Both the position numbers and the translations under genes were made by a program. Under the pieces are notes generated by a model. It saw only the letters and a program-made list of their open reading frames with translations. It was not told where the DNA came from and searched no databases. Below, one piece after another: positions 57,782-64,000 of a stretch of 64,000 nt of DNA. How positions within the stretch are numbered: position 1 is the stretch's first letter; every line of letters begins with the position of its first letter. The stretch is taken from NCBI GenBank assembly GCA_031290935.1, contig JAISLK010000010.1:1748-65747 (forward strand). The letters run 5' to 3'. The DNA is from Prevotellaceae bacterium. GTDB taxonomy: Bacteria > Bacteroidota > Bacteroidia > Bacteroidales > UBA932.

Positions 57782-58026
57782 AGCACAAAGGTAAGAAAAT
57801 TCTATTAAAAGAAAACAAAGATAAAAAAGTTTACATATAAGACAACGACAAACAGATTATATGTCTATTTGCCTAATTATATAATTATATTATTTGCAAA
57901 ATATTATATTTTATACTTTAATTTTACTGACGAATTAAATGAAAATTTCTGATAAATCAAGATGAATTTTCTTCCATTTTTCAAGTTTCCATTCCATAAT
58001 TCTTGAAAATAACCACATGCTGATTG

Positions 58027-58404
58027 TTATTCAACGTCGCTCCATAGCTGGTTACATCGTTTTTTTTCAGGTTCATTAAAACCTAACATTTTATTGATTA
58101 TTTCCAATGCTTTGATTTTAGCGTGGAGGTTCTCAGTATCGGCAAAACCTATCTTGGCAAGTTCCCCTAATACCCGCTCTTTGGTTATATCGGATTTGCT
58201 TTTTAACTCGGCTTGTAACCCCTCAACTCTTGCCCTAACCTTGCCCTTGCTTAGCAAATCAACCGCTTTCCGGTTTACCGTTTCCGACTTCATTTTATTT
58301 GCATCAAAAGCCCGCCGGTATGCCTCGCTGGCATTGCCCGTTTCTACATAAGCATTGCAAAAGGTTTCTTGCTTTGGTGTTATTTTTTTTGTATGTGTAT
58401 TCAT
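58027..58404 (-). CDS. Phage terminase small subunit-like protein (Terminase_2 type)
   Basis: ITPKQETFCNAYVETGNASEAYRRAF...AVDLLSKGKVRARVEGL resembles the N-terminal HTH signature of SF6-type TerS. 125 aa. Confidence 0.6.
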   Translation of the reverse strand: MNTHTKKITPKQETFCNAYVETGNASEAYRRAFDANKMKSETVNRKAVDLLSKGKVRARVEGLQAELKSKSDITKERVLGELAKIGFADTENLHAKIKALEIINKMLGFNEPEKKRCNQLWSDVE

Positions 58405-58527
58405 TTGTTAAAAAAAGTAGTATATTTGCATTACCATTCAATAATGGGATTTTTTGTTTTTTTTGTTAATTACAAAAATGTTTTTCCCATTTTTAGGGAC
58501 TCCGATAACTCATCATTCTTATTTTAA

Positions 58528-58572
58528 TTGTTACCAAAATTTGGTAATAGATTCACCTTATTATGTAGGGAA
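58528..58572. repeat. 45-bp direct repeat, copy 1 (contains the 17-bp palindrome TTACCAAAATTTGGTAA)
   Basis: Identical to 59519-59563. Confidence 0.95.
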
Positions 58573-58581
58573 CTTGACGCT

Positions 58582-59511
58582 CTAGCGTGCATACCTCGCT
58601 ATGGTAAAAATTGCCGTTTCCAACTCTTTAATCAAATCGCTTTTTTGACCCTCTGGAGCGGCTAATATTTTGTTTAGGTCGGCTTTTACACGACTGTAAT
58701 ATTTTCTATCATCAAACACGTTTTTTGCCTTTAATTCCGTCAAAAAATCATTTATGATATTTTTTTGCCCTGACTGCTGCAACAAATAAGCAAACAAGGC
58801 TGTTTGGGCTTCTTTAGGGGTTGTAATATTATCTGTCATAAAACTTGCATTTTTTATTTTCTGTATAGTCTTAAATTCATCGCACCAACTTTGAATAATA
58901 GAACGGTAAAAACTCACCTCGTACAACTTTATACCTGTTAAATTGGTATTTAATTGCTTATTGAGGCGTTTTGTATATTTTAATTCATACCTCAAAAGAT
59001 TAGTGTCTCGCCAAATATCCGGTATTTGTACACCTTTTGCCGTAGCTTCCCCGGCCTTGTCATAAAACACTATTTGCCGTTGGTGATTGGTGTAATACAA
59101 TGTTTCATCTTTGACAGCTTCCATTCGCTTAAAATGTGGCTTGCTTCCTAAATACCGATAATAATCGGCGGGCGGGCGTTTGGTAGGAATGACAGTTGAA
59201 ACGTCCAAACGTGTAACCCTTGCCCTGCTTACATCGGTGTGCAAAGTATCGCTTAATTTCTCTATCGTTTGTTTGGTGTCCTGCCGCGTCAAGGTATGCA
59301 GATTGTCGCCAAAGTAATTTTTTGCTAAACTGCCCCTCAATGATATTCCGTTTTCTGCAATATGTGCCAAATACCCGCCCGCTTTGCCGCTGCAGCTGTA
59401 ACCACGCGCGTTTTGCCGTTCTGTTATTTCAGATAAATAGGGTTGAACGTCAAAAGGACTTGCCCCCGACAACTCAACCCTATCAATCCAAAAATGCACT
59501 GTGTCAAACAT
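58582..59511 (-). CDS. Rolling-circle replication initiator-like protein (Rep_trans / phage CRI family)
   Basis: MFDTVHFWI start, VTRLDVS, IVFYDK and LLRYELKY motifs. Start trimmed to the M after repeat copy 2. Confidence 0.55.
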   Translation of the reverse strand: MFDTVHFWIDRVELSGASPFDVQPYLSEITERQNARGYSCSGKAGGYLAHIAENGISLRGSLAKNYFGDNLHTLTRQDTKQTIEKLSDTLHTDVSRARVTRLDVSTVIPTKRPPADYYRYLGSKPHFKRMEAVKDETLYYTNHQRQIVFYDKAGEATAKGVQIPDIWRDTNLLRYELKYTKRLNKQLNTNLTGIKLYEVSFYRSIIQSWCDEFKTIQKIKNASFMTDNITTPKEAQTALFAYLLQQSGQKNIINDFLTELKAKNVFDDRKYYSRVKADLNKILAAPEGQKSDLIKELETAIFTIARYAR

Positions 59512-59518
59512 ACTACAT

Positions 59519-59563
59519 TTGTTACCAAAATTTGGTAATAGATTCACCTTATTATGTAGGGAA
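59519..59563. repeat. 45-bp direct repeat, copy 2
   Basis: Identical to 58528-58572. Lies 8-52 nt upstream of the rep-like start. Confidence 0.95.
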
Positions 59564-59577
59564 ATTAGCCTTTGGAG

Positions 59578-60081
59578 TTATTCCCCTTTTGCCGACTTCC
59601 TCAACTCATCTAACGCCTCGTTTAACTGTCCGTCTGCTAACTCTGCAGCATACCCGCGTATCAACTGCCTGCCTTGTGGAACGATTAAAATTTCAATCGT
59701 ATTCAGGCCGGGTTCTACAACAAACAAATAACCGTCCGCCCGATTATCAAAGAATGGGTTTTGCTTGCCGCCTTTGAATTCTTTTGATTGTGGCGGCTCG
59801 CCGTATCCGATTAACGTTTCCCCGGGTTTCAAACCCTCAAAATAAATGCTGCTAAAATTTATATTGCCCTTGCACTGCAAACGTGTCTCCGCCGTTGAAT
59901 TTGGATTACATTTATCGTTCCGTTGGTAGTACATGACAATTTCATTTTTGGCGTTTTTAAGCGCTTCCAACGGCTTAAAATAACCTGCCTGTGCTGTTAC
60001 TGCATACCGGGGCGTTTTGCTTTCCGTCCCGTCTTTTTTGATGCTTTGCCGGCGCTCCATTTTTAGGTAACAACTAAACAT
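59578..60081 (-). CDS. Hypothetical protein (167 aa)
   Basis: ORF in an operon with the xis-like gene (8-nt overlap). No motif recognised. Confidence 0.45.
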   Translation of the reverse strand: MFSCYLKMERRQSIKKDGTESKTPRYAVTAQAGYFKPLEALKNAKNEIVMYYQRNDKCNPNSTAETRLQCKGNINFSSIYFEGLKPGETLIGYGEPPQSKEFKGGKQNPFFDNRADGYLFVVEPGLNTIEILIVPQGRQLIRGYAAELADGQLNEALDELRKSAKGE

Positions 60082-60376
60082 GGCTACCTCCTTTCTTGCC
60101 GGTTGAACAATACACGGCCGCCTTATTCTCTACCTCCTCGGTAGTGCTTACCCTGTTTTGTAATAACCACCGCTGCAATTCTGCACGGTCAAAATAAACC
60201 AGCTTGCCAGACGGCTTGCTGTGAGGTATCCTGTGCCCGGATGTCAACTTGTACAGGTAGCTTTTTGATAGCCCTGTAAATTGTGCTGCCTCCCCAAACG
60301 TCAACACCTCTTTTGTGGCAATACCTGCCATCTTAATGGAGTTTTCTAACTCCTCAACTTTTTTTTGTAATTCCAT
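60074..60376 (-). CDS. Helix-turn-helix (HTH_17/excisionase-type) DNA-binding protein
   Basis: LTFGEAAQFTGLSKSYLYKLTSGHRIPHSKP.GKLVYFDRAELQRWL. Confidence 0.7.
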   Translation of the reverse strand: MELQKKVEELENSIKMAGIATKEVLTFGEAAQFTGLSKSYLYKLTSGHRIPHSKPSGKLVYFDRAELQRWLLQNRVSTTEEVENKAAVYCSTGKKGGSHV

Positions 60377-60442
60377 TTTGAAATAAATTTTAATTATTAA
60401 AAAATGGTTTAGCTAAACCGATATTTATTGTTATAACATCGG

Positions 60443-60450
60443 CAAAGATA
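60443..60450 (-). promoter_or_regulatory. -7 box for the xis-rep operon
   Basis: CAAAGATA on the + strand, 67 nt upstream of the start at 60376. Confidence 0.45.
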
Positions 60451-60463
60451 GAGAGTATTGGAA

Positions 60464-60498
60464 AGAAAAAAGGGTTACAATGTGTTACTGTAACCCTT
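60464..60498 (-). terminator. Rho-independent terminator after the int-fic-orf293 unit
   Basis: 10-bp stem AAGGGTTACA/TGTAACCCTT with a U-tract on the minus strand. Confidence 0.7.
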
Positions 60499-60519
60499 AC
60501 TGTAAGTCGTTGTAAGTAT

Positions 60520-61401
60520 TTAGATGTGTTCTATTATATCATCTATTTCCCTGTATCCTTTTGGTCTGTGTTGAAAATCATGTTTATACTTGCTAACCGT
60601 GTTTTTCATCGTATCTTTATTTGGTGGCGTGCCTTTCCAAAGAAAAGTATTTACTGTTATTTCCCATAAATTAGCGCCGTCTGTGTCTGCAAAAAGGTTT
60701 TCAATGCAATAAGCAAGCAATCCTACTGATTTTTGCCAAATGAGAGGTTTAAACGGCTTTTCATTGTCCGGGATTGGTGTACCTCCAAACACATAATAAA
60801 AGTGGCTGCAAATCGTTTCTTTGGGCAAAAAGCCGCCGTTTACTAAACCGTCAAACAGTTTCTTTTGCTCATCGGTGGTAAAGGAGCGGGTGAAGTAGAG
60901 CGGGTTAAACTCATAGTTACGTTTTGTGGCTATTTTACTGTCTAAATATCTGAAAAAGCGGGCAATTTTACCCTTAATACGTTGTATATCTCCATCAGGT
61001 AAATATTCAAATATTGCCTCTGATTGTTTTACCCATTGTTCCTCTTTGGCTTTGTATGTACTATAAAATTCTTCTTCAAGGTTTCTTAAATCTGCATCGT
61101 CATCGTTTCTATGTTCATCACTATACATTTTCAATCTGATGAGTAAATATTCCTCATTGGTTGCTTGTACATCATTCCCCCAATGCTTTATAAGCCATCC
61201 CACAAAACCACAAGCCAATATAGGAAGCGCTCTAAGTTCTTCAGTGTGAGAATCTCCTATCAAATAATGTTTGGCAGTTTCATCTGTTTCTCTAAATCTG
61301 AGTAGGTAGTTATTATCCATATCCATAAAAAATCCAACCTTCCCATTTTTCCAATAAGTATGTACTTGACGAGCAATGTATTCTATTAAATCTCTTTTCA
61401 T
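60520..61401 (-). CDS. Hypothetical protein (293 aa)
   Basis: Long ORF 12 nt downstream of fic. No motif recognised. Confidence 0.5.
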   Translation of the reverse strand: MKRDLIEYIARQVHTYWKNGKVGFFMDMDNNYLLRFRETDETAKHYLIGDSHTEELRALPILACGFVGWLIKHWGNDVQATNEEYLLIRLKMYSDEHRNDDDADLRNLEEEFYSTYKAKEEQWVKQSEAIFEYLPDGDIQRIKGKIARFFRYLDSKIATKRNYEFNPLYFTRSFTTDEQKKLFDGLVNGGFLPKETICSHFYYVFGGTPIPDNEKPFKPLIWQKSVGLLAYCIENLFADTDGANLWEITVNTFLWKGTPPNKDTMKNTVSKYKHDFQHRPKGYREIDDIIEHI

Positions 61402-61412
61402 ATTTCAAAATT

Positions 61413-62186
61413 TTACTCTTTTACCCCCTCAACAACCCCCAAATACTTTTCCAAAGACTGTTTTACGGCGTTTGCCGTCAGCAAATAAAACGGCTCGTGG
61501 TTGTTATCTACATGGCTTTGTTCCAATGCCGTGTAATACGCCTGTTTTGCCTCGTTATCGGCTTTCAGTGAAGTTATCGTATAGCCCTTTGAAAACAGGT
61601 AGAAGTTCATCAAAAGGCGGCTTGTACGTCCGTTACCGTCAATAAACGGGTGTATCTTTACTAATTCATCGTGCAGATATGCTGCAATGATTACCGGGTG
61701 TGTGCCCTCCGTTTCCATTTGCCGGTATTGCAAAATAAAACTTTCCATTTGCAGCTTTATCAAATAGGGTTGAGGTGGAACGTACCGGCTGCCGACTATC
61801 ATCACGGGGACGGTTCTGTATTGCCCCGCCTGCTCCCGGTTGATGCCGTGCAGTATCAAAGCATGGATTTCCTTTATTGTCCGCTCGGTTATGTCTATAT
61901 CGTTGCTTGCCGTTTCTTTGATAAATTCAATGGCTTGGGCGTGGTTGATAGCCTCCAGATGTTCCCTCATCGTTTTGCCGCCGATGGTAACGCCTTCGCT
62001 CACTACCAATGCCGTTTCCTGCAAAGTCAGCGTATTTCCCTCAATCCGGTTGCTTTCATAGGTGTATTCTATTTCAAAAGCCGCTTTGATTTTGTTTAAC
62101 GCCTCCACGTTAAGCGGACGGGCTGCCTGCAAACGCGCTTTCAATTTGTCGGCTTCTACCAATGTGTTTTTTAGTTCCGTATTCAT
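61413..62186 (-). CDS. Fic/DOC family protein
   Basis: Canonical Fic motif HPFIDGNGRTSR. Confidence 0.9.
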   Translation of the reverse strand: MNTELKNTLVEADKLKARLQAARPLNVEALNKIKAAFEIEYTYESNRIEGNTLTLQETALVVSEGVTIGGKTMREHLEAINHAQAIEFIKETASNDIDITERTIKEIHALILHGINREQAGQYRTVPVMIVGSRYVPPQPYLIKLQMESFILQYRQMETEGTHPVIIAAYLHDELVKIHPFIDGNGRTSRLLMNFYLFSKGYTITSLKADNEAKQAYYTALEQSHVDNNHEPFYLLTANAVKQSLEKYLGVVEGVKE

Positions 62187-62199
62187 GTGCCTATAATTT

Positions 62200-63387
62200 C
62201 TAAAATTTTAAATTCAGCAGCGGCAAACTATTTATTGCCGCTTCTTTCAGGCTGTCCACTGCCCTTGTGTATTTCTCTGTGTGCTTTAATCCGGAGTGCC
62301 CCAAAAGGCTGGCAACGGTTTTTATGTTAGCCCCGTTGTTGAGTATGTTTACAGCAAAAGAATGACGGGCACAATGCCATGTTATATGCTTATCTATCCC
62401 GGCTCTTTTTGTCCAATGTCTCAATGCTCTCAAGCACATGGTAGCGCTCGGCAAGATAAATATACGTTCCTCTTTTGGATGGTCGGTAACAGGCTTTTTT
62501 ATTAAAGACAGCAAGCCGTCATTTAACGGAATTACAACGCCGCTTGCTGCGCTGTGTCCTTTTGTTTTGTCCTGCTCAAATTTTAATATCTTATTTTGAA
62601 AATCCACATTACCATACGTTAAATCTTTTACATCACAGAACCGGATACCAGTATACAGGCAAAATATAAACGCACGCCTTATATTATTGTTTTGCCCATT
62701 ATAAGTAGTCGCTATCAGTTGCTGTATTTCCCCAATACTTAAAATATCTTTCCTCAACGTTTGGGCATCCACTTTGCAAACGATACCGGCACATGGATTA
62801 GTGGTTAATACATCGTGCTCGACGGCGTATTTAATAACTTTTTTGAAACGCTTAAAACAGCCACAAGCGCCCTCTCCTGTACTCCGGCTTTTCAAATATT
62901 CAACAAAATTCAGCATCATTTCTTTGTTCAATTGTGATGGCTTTATGAATGTTTGGAATAATGGATAATTTGCAGCCAAAAAATCTTTAAACCGATTTAA
63001 CGCCTGTTTTATTACCCTGACATCTTTTTTTGTGTAATTATCTATGTAAGACTGGAAGTAATCTAAAAAATTCCCACTTTTTGCCTTTAACCTATACCCG
63101 TATATATCTTTTTTTAGTTCCTGCTCTTTTTCACGCCTGATAGCTTCTGCAAGCGCTAAGGTTTCCCTGTTTGTTTCTCTGTCGTCAGCTGTCCGTATGG
63201 GCTGTATTAAATATAAATTTAGGGTTTCTTTTTTTCTACTGTGTTTAATTTTTGTTTGGCCGGTGCACGTATCTACTTGTTTTGAATATCCTAAATAATA
63301 ATCCAGGTACAAACTAATACGCCCGTCGGCAAGTATATTTTGTGCTAATTTTGGATTTTGCTTGTATTTTTGTATTAATTTTGCCAT
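62200..63387 (-). CDS. Tyrosine-type site-specific integrase
   Basis: WHCARHSFA...LLGHSGLKHTEKYTRA catalytic region and an N-terminal arm-binding/SAM-like region typical of Bacteroidota integrases. Confidence 0.92.
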   Translation of the reverse strand: MAKLIQKYKQNPKLAQNILADGRISLYLDYYLGYSKQVDTCTGQTKIKHSRKKETLNLYLIQPIRTADDRETNRETLALAEAIRREKEQELKKDIYGYRLKAKSGNFLDYFQSYIDNYTKKDVRVIKQALNRFKDFLAANYPLFQTFIKPSQLNKEMMLNFVEYLKSRSTGEGACGCFKRFKKVIKYAVEHDVLTTNPCAGIVCKVDAQTLRKDILSIGEIQQLIATTYNGQNNNIRRAFIFCLYTGIRFCDVKDLTYGNVDFQNKILKFEQDKTKGHSAASGVVIPLNDGLLSLIKKPVTDHPKEERIFILPSATMCLRALRHWTKRAGIDKHITWHCARHSFAVNILNNGANIKTVASLLGHSGLKHTEKYTRAVDSLKEAAINSLPLLNLKF

Positions 63388-63580
63388 TTTGCCCTACTTT
63401 AGTTTTACAACCCGTACACAAAGGGTACACAACCCCATTTGTAAATAAATACCTGAATATCTTTTATTTTTTCTTTTGCTTTCTTTTCTTTGCAAAGGTA
63501 CAATTTTTTTTAATTCAATGTGTAAAAAAAGTGTAAAAAATAACAAAACAAGGGTAAAAACAGGAAAAACGGCACTCAAT

Positions 63581-63618
63581 AAAAAACCTCAACTGTTTGA
63601 ATTGTTGAGGTTTTTTTT
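63581..63618 (-). terminator. Island-borne terminator now serving tRNA-Leu
   Basis: Stem CCTCAAC/GTTGAGG flanked by an A run and a T run. Confidence 0.6.
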
Positions 63619-63645
63619 CTTTTAGTTTCCCTTATTTTCAGAGGT

Positions 63646-63664
63646 TTGTACCCGGGGCGGGAAT
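63646..63664. repeat. attR core TTGTACCCGGGGCGGGAAT (inside the tRNA-Leu 3' end)
   Basis: Identical to 57353-57371. Confidence 0.9.
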
Positions 63665-63734
63665 TGAACCCGCACGGACATTACTGCCCACAGGATTTTA
63701 AGTCCTGCGTGTCTACCTATTCCACCACCCGGGC
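63649..63734 (-). tRNA. tRNA-Leu (anticodon TAA), long variable arm
   Basis: Acceptor GCCCGGG/CCCGGGT, anticodon stem CAGGA/TCCTG with loop CTTAAAA, T arm GCGGG-TTCAATT-CCCGC. Confidence 0.9.
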
Positions 63735-63745
63735 GAAAGGGGACA

Positions 63746-63753
63746 CAAAGGTA
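63746..63753 (-). promoter_or_regulatory. -7 box for tRNA-Leu
   Basis: CAAAGGTA on the + strand, 12 nt upstream of the tRNA 5' end. Confidence 0.5.
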
Positions 63754-64000
63754 GAAAAAAAATTAATGATGTAAAAATTCAATTGCCCGGAAATTGTAAA
63801 CAAAAATTTGCAGATAAAAAATGTAGTTATATCTGCATCATTATAGCGTCCTTTAAAAAATTAACAACTTATTCTAGTTAGAAAACCTCGAACGTTTTTG
63901 TACCAAAGAATAAAGCAACATACACGAGTAGAACGTGAATTTTGTTTATTTTTGGCACAGGTAATTCGATGACATTCTAACTGATAAATAAAATTCACGT

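Larger units (their letters stand above)
57353..63664 (-). mobile_element. 6.3-kb integrative island in the 3' end of tRNA-Leu (int, fic, xis-like, RCR rep-like, terS-like)
   Basis: 19-bp direct repeat at both ends with an integrase adjacent to the tRNA. All genes are co-oriented. By eye the island is clearly more AT-rich than its flanks. Confidence 0.85.

Noticed and set aside
58421-58527. A + strand TATATTTG box and a 27-aa ORF (MGFFVFFVNYKN...) between the terS-like and rep-like genes
   Set aside because: The ORF is low-complexity and Phe-rich, encoded by a T-run region. It could mark an antisense promoter, but there is no supporting structure.
63934-64000. Inverted repeat ACGTGAATTTTGTTTAT ... 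ATAAAATTCACGT at the window end
   Set aside because: It is imperfect and truncated by the window edge, so it cannot be interpreted.

Overview
The window is a Bacteroidota chromosomal segment. Evidence: TAnnTTTG -7 promoter boxes before most genes and all three tRNAs, a porP-gldK-gldL-gldM-gldN type IX secretion operon, and a DUF5683 gene after parAB.

Most of it is housekeeping: parAB, mltD-like, surA-like, guaB, argS, mutS2, uvrC, slyD, queA, fabG, gyrB, rpsU-xerC-hpf, ctp, lpxD, several TlpA-like thioredoxin-fold proteins, and tRNA-Thr, tRNA-Lys and tRNA-Leu.

Three things are not ordinary:
1. A 6.3-kb AT-rich island (57353-63664) is integrated into the 3' end of tRNA-Leu(TAA) and bounded by a 19-bp direct repeat. 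It carries an integrase, a Fic protein, an HTH excisionase-like protein, a rolling-circle Rep-like protein, a small-terminase-like protein and tiny membrane proteins. It has no virion or conjugation genes. This makes it a candidate phage satellite or a mobilizable island.
2. An AT-rich accessory stretch (about 11.1-20.6 kb) holds an SDR epimerase, a DUF1016 nuclease, two tandem radical-SAM paralogs and two GT2 glycosyltransferases. Next come an orphan FN3-like protein, an AAA+PD-(D/E)XK protein and an Abi_2 protein, all next to a YfhO-like membrane protein.
3. There is an unusual density of intergenic hairpin-forming minisatellites (units of 8, 21-23 and 41 bp) and long word-type palindromes. 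Several are bracketed by inverted repeats and share boundary motifs, which suggests one element family.

No CRISPR array, rRNA or recognisable riboswitch was seen. All homology calls come from motif recognition by eye, not from searches.
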